Positions 27,377 to 35,395 are shown, counted from the first letter of the stretch. The stretch is 52,740 nucleotides of DNA from Candidatus Poribacteria bacterium (GCA_016215705.1 JACRIR010000004.1:1-52740); one strand, 5' to 3'. The notes: generated from the letters alone by a model not told the origin. Program-made: numbers and translations.

Positions 27377-28888
27377 ATGACACAGCATGGCGCATCACTC
27401 ACGAACAATCACGGGACCGCATCCACGGATACCCTCGTTTCTGAGGGCCGCTATGAGAAGCTTTACAGAATGCTGATGGATGCTACTCCCTCATCGGTTC
27501 TTTTGCTCGACCAGGGTCTGCGGGTAGTTGTGGCCAACCATAACTTTCTCGAGAAAGCTCAGAGGTCCGAACATGACACCATAGGCCGAAGGCTCAACGA
27601 AGTATTCCCCATCGTCATCCTCCGCGAAATGGAGTTGGAGCAATGGATACAGCAGGTTTTCCAGAAAGGAGAGCCTGTGCGAGGCAAGCGCATGCGCTAT
27701 AGGGCGCCCGGGGTTGCGGACCGGATTTATTATTACAGTCTCATCCCTGTAACGTGGCATAGAAAGACCGAGAACGTGATGTTGCTCATGGATGATGTCA
27801 CGGAACAGGTGCGCCTGGGTGAGGAAGTGCTGCAGGCGGAACGCCATCTGGCAAGCATAGTCGAAAGCGCCAGCGACATTATTGTCTCGACCGATACTGA
27901 AGGACGCATCATGACGTGGAACAAGGCGGCTCAAGAGGCTACTGACTACTGTCTGCAGGAAGTCGCACACCATCCATTTTTTGATTTCTTTGCTTCAGAC
28001 TGCAAGACCGCAGTGAAAGGAGCCCTCGAGAATCCAGAGAGCCCCGGAAGGTCCGCATACACTGAGTGGAACCTCAAGACGAAACGTGGCCACGAGATAC
28101 CCGTCTCATGGGTGTGCTCCAGGATGAGGGATGGCAGAGGCAAGGTTCAAGGGATTGTGGCGGTCGGCAGGGACCTCACCGAACGCCGTAAACTGGAGAC
28201 CCAGGTGCTTCAGTCGCAGAAGCTGGCCGCACTGGGTGTCATGGCCGGAGGCATTGCCCACGAGATTCGAGGACCTCTGGCGATTGCTTCTTCGGCGGCG
28301 CAGTTTCTGATGGAAGATGAGGTCAGCCCTTCGCTCCTGATAGAGTGTACTCAGAGAATTCATCGAGGGATCCAGAGGGCGTCCACTATCATCGAAGACC
28401 TGCTGAGATTCTCGCGGCCCTCCATTCCCAAGAAGCCTACTGAAAGAGTCGATCTCGCGCTGGTTGTGAAAGATACCATCGCGCTTGTCCACAGCCAGGC
28501 TCAGATCGAGAAGGTCAATGTGACCGTCAAGGCGCCCGCTGCGCCGGTAATTGTTACAGGCGTTGCCAGCATGCTTCAACAGATGGTGATGAACATCCTA
28601 CTGAATGCATTTAACGCTCTGTCCGATGACGGCGGCAGAGTGGACGTTATCGTAAGTGACGAAGGCGAGTTTGCGGTCTTGAAAGTAACCGATAATGGCT
28701 GCGGCATTCCGCAAAGCGAGATTAACAAGATATTCGACCCGTTCTACACCACAAGCCCGCCGGGGAAAGGCACAGGATTGGGTCTTTCTCTTTGCTACTC
28801 CATCGTTAGACATCACAATGGAACTATTCAGGTTGAGAGCACGGAAGGAGCAGGCACCTCCTTGATCGTCCGACTGTCCTTGTCGTGA
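27377..28888 (+). CDS. PAS-domain sensor histidine kinase (GvrB-like)
   Basis: Two PAS-like regions, an H-box (HEIRGPLA), and N / G1 / G2 boxes (DNGCGIP, GTGLGLS). Confidence 0.85.
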   Translation: MTQHGASLTNNHGTASTDTLVSEGRYEKLYRMLMDATPSSVLLLDQGLRVVVANHNFLEKAQRSEHDTIGRRLNEVFPIVILREMELEQWIQQVFQKGEPVRGKRMRYRAPGVADRIYYYSLIPVTWHRKTENVMLLMDDVTEQVRLGEEVLQAERHLASIVESASDIIVSTDTEGRIMTWNKAAQEATDYCLQEVAHHPFFDFFASDCKTAVKGALENPESPGRSAYTEWNLKTKRGHEIPVSWVCSRMRDGRGKVQGIVAVGRDLTERRKLETQVLQSQKLAALGVMAGGIAHEIRGPLAIASSAAQFLMEDEVSPSLLIECTQRIHRGIQRASTIIEDLLRFSRPSIPKKPTERVDLALVVKDTIALVHSQAQIEKVNVTVKAPAAPVIVTGVASMLQQMVMNILLNAFNALSDDGGRVDVIVSDEGEFAVLKVTDNGCGIPQSEINKIFDPFYTTSPPGKGTGLGLSLCYSIVRHHNGTIQVESTEGAGTSLIVRLSLS

Positions 28889-28907
28889 CAGCGGTGTGTG
28901 AAACAAC

Positions 28908-29285
28908 ATGACCCGCAAACACGAGATGATCCTGATCGTTGATGATGAACCGGATATGTGCTGGGCCCTCGAGAGAATTCTCAGAGGGATGGGTTTCGCC
29001 ACGGAAACCGTCGGCGACGCGCAAAAAGCGCTCGGGCTGGTCAAACGGACCCGCTTCAGATTGGCCTTCCTCGACGCCAAGCTTCCCGATATGGAGGGTA
29101 TCGACCTGGCAATATGCCTGCAAAAAGCCATTCCGCCCGTGCCCGTCGTGCTGGTTTCGGCTTACTTCTATGAAGATGATGCGCAAGTCCAGCAGTGGAT
29201 CAGAGACGGATTCATATGTCATTTTGTGAGCAAGCCCTTTGTGATCAACCGCGTGCGGGAAGCGGCAGCCATGGCCATCAACTAA
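28908..29285 (+). CDS. Receiver-domain response regulator (GvrC-like)
   Basis: ILIVDDEPD...D(AKLPD) pattern, 125 aa. Confidence 0.7.
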   Translation: MTRKHEMILIVDDEPDMCWALERILRGMGFATETVGDAQKALGLVKRTRFRLAFLDAKLPDMEGIDLAICLQKAIPPVPVVLVSAYFYEDDAQVQQWIRDGFICHFVSKPFVINRVREAAAMAIN

Positions 29286-29320
29286 TTTGAGCAAGAGCCG
29301 CATGCTCATGCATTACGGCT

Positions 29321-29356
29321 TATGGAACTTTCACCCTATATGGAACGCCTTCCATA
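29321..29356 (+). promoter_or_regulatory. Candidate enhancer (UAS) for the NtrC-type activator: TATGGAAC direct repeat plus TATGGAA-cgcc-TTCCATA palindrome
   Basis: TATGGAAC occurs at 29321-29328 and 29339-29346. The inverted partner TTCCATA is at 29350-29356. The element lies 110-145 bp upstream of the -24/-12 element. Confidence 0.45.
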
Positions 29357-29464
29357 GATTCTCAGAAAGGATCACCCATCTTCGGTCCTGTCCTCCGACT
29401 GTCTCAAAGTCCTTACCGCTTGTCCCATCCGGTGTTACCGAGATAGATGTTGGTTCGCCGCCAA

Positions 29465-29480
29465 TGGCATACCTATTGCT
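29465..29480 (+). promoter_or_regulatory. Sigma-54 (-24/-12) promoter for gvpA: TGGCAT-accta-TTGCT
   Basis: The GG and GC dinucleotides are spaced exactly as in the consensus TGGCACG-N4-TTGCA. It sits 120 nt upstream of the gvpA ATG, and a sigma-54 activator is encoded in the locus. Confidence 0.6.
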
Positions 29481-29601
29481 TCCTCCGTTGTTACTCTCTG
29501 GAATTTCACAGTTTTGTCCGGATGGGAACGTTGCGGCCGCAGTCGTCATCCCATGGGTTCCAGAAGGATCGCCTTTTGGTGACGGAGGGAGGTGAGAATC
29601 T

Positions 29602-29820
29602 ATGGCGAAAGTACAGAAGTCAACTGACAGCTCCAGCCTCGCGGAAGTTGTGGACCGCATTCTGGACAAGGGCATCGTGATCGATGCTTGGGCGAAGGTC
29701 TCGTTGGTGGGCATCGAGCTCCTTTCCATCGAGGCGCGCGTGGTCATCGCTTCAGTGGAGACCTACTTGAAGTATGCGGAGGCTATCGGCCTGACTGCCA
29801 GCGCCGCTGCGCCGGCCTAA
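29602..29820 (+). CDS. gvpA: Gas vesicle structural protein GvpA
   Basis: 72 aa. [52 protein letters not shown] is a near-canonical GvpA. SD GGAGGGAGG is present. Confidence 0.95.
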   Translation: MAKVQKSTDSSSLAEVVDRILDKGIVIDAWAKVSLVGIELLSIEARVVIASVETYLKYAEAIGLTASAAAPA

Positions 29821-29847
29821 CCGTTAAGAGTGCACGAAAGCCTGTTG

Positions 29848-29880
29848 CCAGGCGGGGCCTCATATGGTGTCCCCGCCTGG
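29848..29880 (+). terminator. GC-rich hairpin immediately after gvpA (CCAGGCGGGG-13 nt-CCCCGCCTGG); likely attenuator or partial terminator
   Basis: Perfect 10-bp stem read directly from the sequence. There is no strong U-tract. Read-through would reach gvpC/gvpN. Confidence 0.5.
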
Positions 29881-30024
29881 CTTCCGGCTTGGCCTTCGCA
29901 CGTGATCCGGCAGAGATTCCGCGCACAAGGCGCAACCTTATGGGCGCGTCGGCATATCGTCGATCGTGGTCCTGAACATATAATCGATCTTTGTCCCAAC
30001 CGCAATGGGAGAAGGAGTGGCAAA

Positions 30025-30573
30025 ATGGGGCCTCTGACACAAGATTTGGCGCGGCTGCGCGATGAGATTACATCCGCGCGCGATGCGCGAAAGCAGCTCA
30101 TTGGCAGTGTGAAGGAGTTCGTCGGCAACCTCAAGGAATCCGTCGACGATTTGACATCGAACGCGGCTGCAATGCGGGCCGATTTTCGCAAAACCCACGC
30201 CGCGACAGTCAGGAAGGCGAAGGCGGAGCTTTCGGGATGCGTGTCCGACATAAAGCGCAACGTCTCGTCGATGCAATCCGCCTTCCGCAACGCGAACACT
30301 GAGGCGGCCAGAAAGACGAAGGCCGATTGCGCAGCTTTTGCGTCCGGCGTGAGACAGACGGTGGCTGGCATAAAACGGGCGACTGCAAGAACGAGGAAAG
30401 AAGTCGCAGCCGACATCAACGGCGCGCACCGCGCCTGGTTAGGCGCCCGGCCGACACGGATCGAGGTCGTGCACAAGCCCGAGCTCCACCGGACGGAGAC
30501 GGTGGCAAGAGTCGGGAGCCGATCCGAAGAGTCAGAGAAGCGTGTTTCCGCCAAAACCAAGAAGAGGAGGTAA
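30025..30573 (+). CDS. gvpC: GvpC-like outer gas-vesicle protein with about four 33-residue repeats
   Basis: It sits between gvpA and gvpN, the canonical position. An ATG with SD AGGAG is present. The repeats align at a 33-aa period (xxxVxD[LI]xxNxxxMxxxFRxxxxxxxRKxKA). The ORF track start at 29830 lacks an SD. Confidence 0.6.
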   Translation: MGPLTQDLARLRDEITSARDARKQLIGSVKEFVGNLKESVDDLTSNAAAMRADFRKTHAATVRKAKAELSGCVSDIKRNVSSMQSAFRNANTEAARKTKADCAAFASGVRQTVAGIKRATARTRKEVAADINGAHRAWLGARPTRIEVVHKPELHRTETVARVGSRSEESEKRVSAKTKKRR

Positions 30574-30636
30574 TCACATAGTCTCCCCCGAGGCAGTCAA
30601 TATAGGCGCACGAGAACATGCCGTGCATGATGACGA

Positions 30637-31674
30637 ATGGTTAACGACTTGGGAATCGCAAAGGAATCTGTGAAAATGAACCGGGATGGCTTGACGGCGA
30701 GCGCATCGGCGACCACCGTGAGGATTCAGGTAGAGGGTGACGGAATCATGCCGGAACCGAGCGATGAGTTTGTCATGACGCCGCGCCTTGAGGAGCTGAC
30801 TGAACGTGCTCTCACTTATCTGGAAGTGGGATACCCTGTCCATTTTGCCGGTCCGGCGGGAACAGGGAAAACTACAATCGCCTTCCACGTCGCGAGCAAG
30901 CTGGGCCGACCCGTGATCCTCATTCACGGGGATGACGAGTTTGGCGGTTCCGATCTGGTGGGAAAGGACGCCGGCTACCGCAAGTCAAGACTTGTCGACA
31001 ATTTTATTCATTCCGTTCTCAAAACAGAGGAAGAGATGAGAACGCTATGGGTGGATAACCGGCTCACCACTGCTTGCCAGCATGGTTACACTCTTGTATA
31101 CGACGAGTTTAACCGAACGAGGCCTGAGGCCAACAATGCCCTCTTGAGTATTCTCTCGGAAAAAATGCTCAACCTGCCGAAGCTCCGAACCTCTGGCGAA
31201 GGCTATATGGAAGTGCATCCCAACTTCCGCGCCATTTTCACTTCGAATCCGGAAGAATATGCGGGCACCCACAAGACCCAGGATGCTCTTATGGATCGGC
31301 TCATTACCATCAGGCTCGGCCACTACGACCGCGAGACTGAAATCGCAGTCACAATGGCCAAGTCGGGCATCTCGAAAAAAGATGCCGAAATCATCGTGGA
31401 CATCGTCAGGGAACTGAGAGGTGTCGGCGTAAACAACAACCGGCCAACCATCCGGGCCTGTATCGTGATCGCCAAGGTGCTCGCACATCGTGGAATCCGG
31501 GCGCGGGCGGGCAACCCCGTTTTCAGGCGCATCTGCCAGGACGTGCTAAGTGGAATAGACACAGCCAAAGTCACCTGTGGCGGCCAATCGCTCATGCCGC
31601 AAAAAGTGGATGAAGCCACCCGGAAAGTGGTGCAAGCGGTCCTCAGAACGGATGAAATCAACGAGAAGGAATAG
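30637..31674 (+). CDS. gvpN: Gas vesicle AAA+ ATPase GvpN
   Basis: Walker A (GPAGTGKTT), the CbbQ/NorQ-type AAA core, and gvpN synteny. The alternative start at 30676 (MNRDG) has SD AAGGA. Confidence 0.85.
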   Translation: MVNDLGIAKESVKMNRDGLTASASATTVRIQVEGDGIMPEPSDEFVMTPRLEELTERALTYLEVGYPVHFAGPAGTGKTTIAFHVASKLGRPVILIHGDDEFGGSDLVGKDAGYRKSRLVDNFIHSVLKTEEEMRTLWVDNRLTTACQHGYTLVYDEFNRTRPEANNALLSILSEKMLNLPKLRTSGEGYMEVHPNFRAIFTSNPEEYAGTHKTQDALMDRLITIRLGHYDRETEIAVTMAKSGISKKDAEIIVDIVRELRGVGVNNNRPTIRACIVIAKVLAHRGIRARAGNPVFRRICQDVLSGIDTAKVTCGGQSLMPQKVDEATRKVVQAVLRTDEINEKE

Positions 31675-31677
31675 GAT

Positions 31678-31995
31678 ATGGCGATTCCAAAGAACAACGT
31701 ACGCGGCCTGCAAAACATTCGCACCTTTTCGGGAGCCGCGGAAAGCACGCATGAACCTTACAGGGCATATATGAAGGTCACCTGCCTCGAAATGGAGAAA
31801 GCCCGCCGAAAGGTGGAACGAGACAACGCGATTTCCACGATGAGAAATATTGATGCGCGCCTTCAGGAAATCGAGGCCGAAAAAGCAAGGCTCCTTCAGA
31901 CCTCTGCCGAGCAAAGGCAACAGGATATCGAGGCGCTGCCCAATTCCTCGCCTCGACGGGGCAATAATGCGGGTGCGTTCAGGCTGAAGTATTGA
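31678..31995 (+). CDS. Small coiled-coil hypothetical protein of the gvp locus
   Basis: 105 aa. SD AAGGAA is present, and the start is 4 nt after the gvpN stop. The sequence is charged and helical, with no recognisable family. Confidence 0.4.
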   Translation: MAIPKNNVRGLQNIRTFSGAAESTHEPYRAYMKVTCLEMEKARRKVERDNAISTMRNIDARLQEIEAEKARLLQTSAEQRQQDIEALPNSSPRRGNNAGAFRLKY

Positions 31996-32048
31996 TCGCG
32001 CGCGTTGTTCGTCTCCCGAGACGGTTCCTCCCCGGTGCGCGCGAGCTC

Positions 32049-32083
32049 ATTGGGGGACGCCATGCCGCATGGTGTCCCCCAAT
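32049..32083 (+). terminator. Long near-perfect hairpin (16-bp stem, 1 mismatch, CCG loop) between the small ORF and gvpF
   Basis: ATTGGGGGACGCCATG-ccg-CATGGTGTCCCCCAAT. It shares the 11-mer ATGGTGTCCCC with the post-gvpA hairpin. Confidence 0.45.
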
Positions 32084-32179
32084 AAGCGCTGGTTCCCGGG
32101 AGGCGCAATTCTTTGCGCCTGAGCAACAGATATGTTTTTCTATTTCAGGCACATCTGACAGGCGGGCGAAGGGAGTCAT

Positions 32180-32995
32180 ATGGGAAATAAACAAAATCGC
32201 GTGTTGGTCGGAAGAGGCGGGTCCGTTGCGCACACGACGGCGCAGGCGGAAACCAGTCGGCTGATCTACTTGTACGCAATAATAGGCGGAGCCGACGCAT
32301 GTCAGGGGTATGATCTCGCTGGTATTGATGGCCGCGTCGTCCAATGTATCTCCATCGGTCCGGTGGCGGCCGTCGTCAGTGAGACTCCCGGCGGGAAAAT
32401 GCGCCCTGAGCGCCGTCACCTCGCAGCCCATCACCAGGTGCTCAAACGGCTCATGGAGAAAAGCACCCCTTTGCCAATGGCTTTCGGCATCATTGCGGAC
32501 GGCCCCGGGGATATTGAAAGAATCCTGTCCTTGAACAGGGAGGTCCTTGTCGAACAACTCGAACGCGTTGGCGGAAAAGTCGAGATGAGCGTCAGAGTTC
32601 TCTGGGACGTTCCGAACATCTTCGAGTTCTTCGTCAATGTCCACCCCGAGCTGAAGGCGTTGCGCGACCGATTCTTCAGGGGCGGTCATGAGCCATCGCA
32701 CGACGACAAGATCGGGTTGGGTCGGCTGTTTGACCGTTTGATGAACGAAGACCGCGCAACTCACACTGACTGCGTGGTCAATCTCCTCAGCTCGAGATGC
32801 TGTGAAATCAAGGAGAACAAGCCCCGAACGGAGTGTGAGGTGATGAACCTGGCATGTCTGATTCGCCGGGACGCTCAAAAGGATTTTGAGGACGGCATCT
32901 TTGAAACTGCAAAGCTCTTCGACAACAACTACTCCTTTGACTTCGGCGGCCCGTTTCCCCCACACAGTTTTGCGGAAATAAACCTGCAGATGTGA
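32180..32995 (+). CDS. gvpF: Gas vesicle protein GvpF/L family (paralog 3)
   Basis: LIYLYAIIGG...AAHHQVLKRLME...LPMAFG pattern, SD GAAGGGA. Confidence 0.7.
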   Translation: MGNKQNRVLVGRGGSVAHTTAQAETSRLIYLYAIIGGADACQGYDLAGIDGRVVQCISIGPVAAVVSETPGGKMRPERRHLAAHHQVLKRLMEKSTPLPMAFGIIADGPGDIERILSLNREVLVEQLERVGGKVEMSVRVLWDVPNIFEFFVNVHPELKALRDRFFRGGHEPSHDDKIGLGRLFDRLMNEDRATHTDCVVNLLSSRCCEIKENKPRTECEVMNLACLIRRDAQKDFEDGIFETAKLFDNNYSFDFGGPFPPHSFAEINLQM

Positions 32996-33017
32996 CGCTG
33001 ACGGAGCGACACCGGCA

Positions 33018-33302
33018 ATGTTCATAGTCGATGACATACTGTTGTTCCCCGTGCGCAGTCTGCTCTTTGTTCTTCGCGGAATTCACAAGGCCGCCAGAGA
33101 GGAAATCGAAAACGAGGCGGAATCCATAAGAAGAGAACTCACCGACTTGTACATGATGTTGGAGACCGGAAGGATCAGCGAGGAGGAGTTCCAGGCGCAG
33201 GAGCAAGAATTGCTGGATCGACTCGAGGATGCCGAGTTTCACGGCACGGAGGTTGAAGACGACCAGCCCGAGTCCCTGGGGACCGATGAAATCGAAATGT
33301 GA
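33018..33302 (+). CDS. gvpG: Gas vesicle protein GvpG
   Basis: MFIVDDILLFPVRSLLFVLRGIHKAA...EEFQAQEQELLDRLEDAE matches the conserved GvpG N-terminus (MFILDDLF...). Confidence 0.75.
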   Translation: MFIVDDILLFPVRSLLFVLRGIHKAAREEIENEAESIRRELTDLYMMLETGRISEEEFQAQEQELLDRLEDAEFHGTEVEDDQPESLGTDEIEM

Positions 33303-33309
33303 GGTTGAA

Positions 33310-35283
33310 ATGTCTGAAGGCGCGGTGGCGCACAAGGCATACGCCGCGACACCGACGAGGATGCCTGTATTCCTGCTGGAAACGGGGCTCAGGCTGCTCC
33401 TTTTTGGCGGCAAAGGTGGCGTGGGAAAAACCACCTGTGCCGTTGCCACAGCTCTTTATTTGTCCGCACGTTTTCCGGATGATAACGTCCTTCTGGTCTC
33501 CACCGACCCTGCTCATTCATTGAGGGATAGTTTGGGTGAATCCGTTCTCCCTCGAAATCTTGAACCTCTCGAGATCGACTCACGTGAGTGTCTTAGAAAA
33601 TTCAAGGAGGCTCATGTCGAGCACCTTCGCCAAATCGCCCTGCGGGGCACTTTTCTTGACAACGAGGACGTGTCGCAACTCTTGGATTTGTCTATGCCCG
33701 GCCTGGATGAGGTCATGGCGTTTAACGAGATTTCCACTCTTGTGCAGACGGGTGTCTACTCGCGCGTCATCGTTGACACGGCGCCAACGGGCCACACGCT
33801 CCGGCTGCTCGAATTGCCGGAGACTTTGAACAACTGGCTCCGTGCTCTTGACGCCATGCTGGCCAAGCATCGGTACATGGTGCAACTGTACCAAGGTTCT
33901 TATCGCAAGGATGAGGTAGACATCTTCTTGCTCGACCTTGCCAGGTCGATCGAAAACCTTTCCTCGCTCTTGCGTGATTCGGCCCACTGCCGTTTTGTCC
34001 CGGTCATGCTTCCCGAATGCCTGAGCACAAACGAGACCATGCGGTTGGTGCGCCAACTGGAGGCCATGAGAATCCCGGTGACTGATATCCTGGTCAACCG
34101 CGTCCGTCCTCTGGTTGGCCGATGCCCGGTATGCCGGTCTGTGGCGGACCGCCAAAGCATGGAACTTGAAACAGTGCTGAACGAATTCTCCTCCTATTCC
34201 GTCTGGGGCCTACCCCTTCGCTGCGTGGAAGCGCGCGGAGCAGAGCAACTGAGCATTTTCTTTAACAGCATTTGGCAAGTCCACAGATTCAACGGGGAAA
34301 TGCATGATTCGACGAGACTATTCCCCCGTGTTGAACACCCGGCCGAATTGCCGGGCCATGACATCTCGCTTTTGATCTTCGCAGGTAAGGGAGGGGTCGG
34401 CAAAACCACACTCGCATGTGCGACAGCGCTCCGTCTGGCTCGAGAGTATCCTGACAAAAGGATTCTGCTCCTTTCAACCGACCCGGCTCATTCGCTCTCT
34501 GACTGCCTGAACACAAGTGTGGGAGCGGGGGAAACACCTCTGCGGCCGTGTCTGACTGCAGTCGAGATCGATGCCGTGGCTGAATTTGAGGAATTGAAGA
34601 GGCAGTACGGCGATGAGGTCGGCAAAGTGTTCGATTCCCTCGCTGGACGCACCATGATCCAGTTGGAATTCGACCAGGAAGTCATGAAACGCATGTTGGA
34701 CCTTTCTCCTCCGGGGCTTGATGAGGTCATGGCGCTGACCAGAGCTATGAGACTTCTGCAAGCCCGGAAGTATGATATCTTTGTCTTCGATACGGCGCCC
34801 ACCGGTCATCTTATCCGGTTGCTGGAACTGCCCGAAATCATCGAGAAGTGGCTCAAGGTCTTCTTCGGTCTGTTCCTGAAGTATCGGGAAGTGTTTCGGT
34901 TGCCCAAGATCGCTGAGCGCCTGGTCGCCATGTCCAAGGAAGTCAAACTGTTGCGATCTTTGTTGGCAGACCCGCAAAAGGGACAGATTTACGCGGTAAG
35001 CATCTTGACGGAGATGGCTCTCGAGGAAACACGAGACCTCCTTGCATCATGCGCCCAAACCGGCATCCGCGTGCCGGCGCTTTTTCTTAATCTGGTCACT
35101 TCGGCTAATGATTGTCCCACGTGCCATCGCCTCGCCGAATCTGAATCAAGGGTCCGTAGACAATTCGACGAGTGCTTCAGAGAGTTACACCAGACAGTGG
35201 TGTTCCACGGTCCGGAACCACGGGGAGGCGACCATCTGTCCGAGTTGGGACAAGTTCTGTATGAGGTTGCAGCAAACTATTAG
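33310..35283 (+). CDS. Tandem-fused ArsA/GET3-family ATPase (two P-loop halves, each with the DTAPTGH signature and a CxxC)
   Basis: Two deviant Walker A motifs (GKGGVGKTT) are present. The signature DTAPTGHTLRLLELPE / DTAPTGHLIRLLELPE occurs twice, and each half has a CxxC (CPVCRS, CPTCHR). SD GAGG is present. The start at 33310 is in frame with ORF track 33229. Confidence 0.8.
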   Translation: MSEGAVAHKAYAATPTRMPVFLLETGLRLLLFGGKGGVGKTTCAVATALYLSARFPDDNVLLVSTDPAHSLRDSLGESVLPRNLEPLEIDSRECLRKFKEAHVEHLRQIALRGTFLDNEDVSQLLDLSMPGLDEVMAFNEISTLVQTGVYSRVIVDTAPTGHTLRLLELPETLNNWLRALDAMLAKHRYMVQLYQGSYRKDEVDIFLLDLARSIENLSSLLRDSAHCRFVPVMLPECLSTNETMRLVRQLEAMRIPVTDILVNRVRPLVGRCPVCRSVADRQSMELETVLNEFSSYSVWGLPLRCVEARGAEQLSIFFNSIWQVHRFNGEMHDSTRLFPRVEHPAELPGHDISLLIFAGKGGVGKTTLACATALRLAREYPDKRILLLSTDPAHSLSDCLNTSVGAGETPLRPCLTAVEIDAVAEFEELKRQYGDEVGKVFDSLAGRTMIQLEFDQEVMKRMLDLSPPGLDEVMALTRAMRLLQARKYDIFVFDTAPTGHLIRLLELPEIIEKWLKVFFGLFLKYREVFRLPKIAERLVAMSKEVKLLRSLLADPQKGQIYAVSILTEMALEETRDLLASCAQTGIRVPALFLNLVTSANDCPTCHRLAESESRVRRQFDECFRELHQTVVFHGPEPRGGDHLSELGQVLYEVAANY

Positions 35284-35395
35284 TATATGGCCATAAGAGT
35301 ATTCATGGGTTTTAGGGCGTGCTCTTAGCGGGCGTGGTTTGCTGATGTCGCCTGCAAAGAGGGGCCCTTCTGGGCAATACTCTAAGGAGAGATCG

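Noticed and set aside
29817-30560. 247-aa minus-strand ORF antisense to the gvpC candidate
   Set aside because: The + strand reading has an SD, a 33-aa repeat structure and canonical synteny (gvpA-gvpC-gvpN). The antisense frame has none of these.
31979-33037. 352-aa minus-strand ORF antisense to gvpF paralog 3 and gvpG
   Set aside because: It conflicts with two motif-supported + strand genes. No domain.
33229-33309. N-terminal extension of the ArsA-like ORF given by the ORF track (start 33229)
   Set aside because: It would overlap gvpG by 74 nt and lacks an SD. The ATG at 33310 has GAGG 7 nt upstream and starts the conserved ATPase domain.
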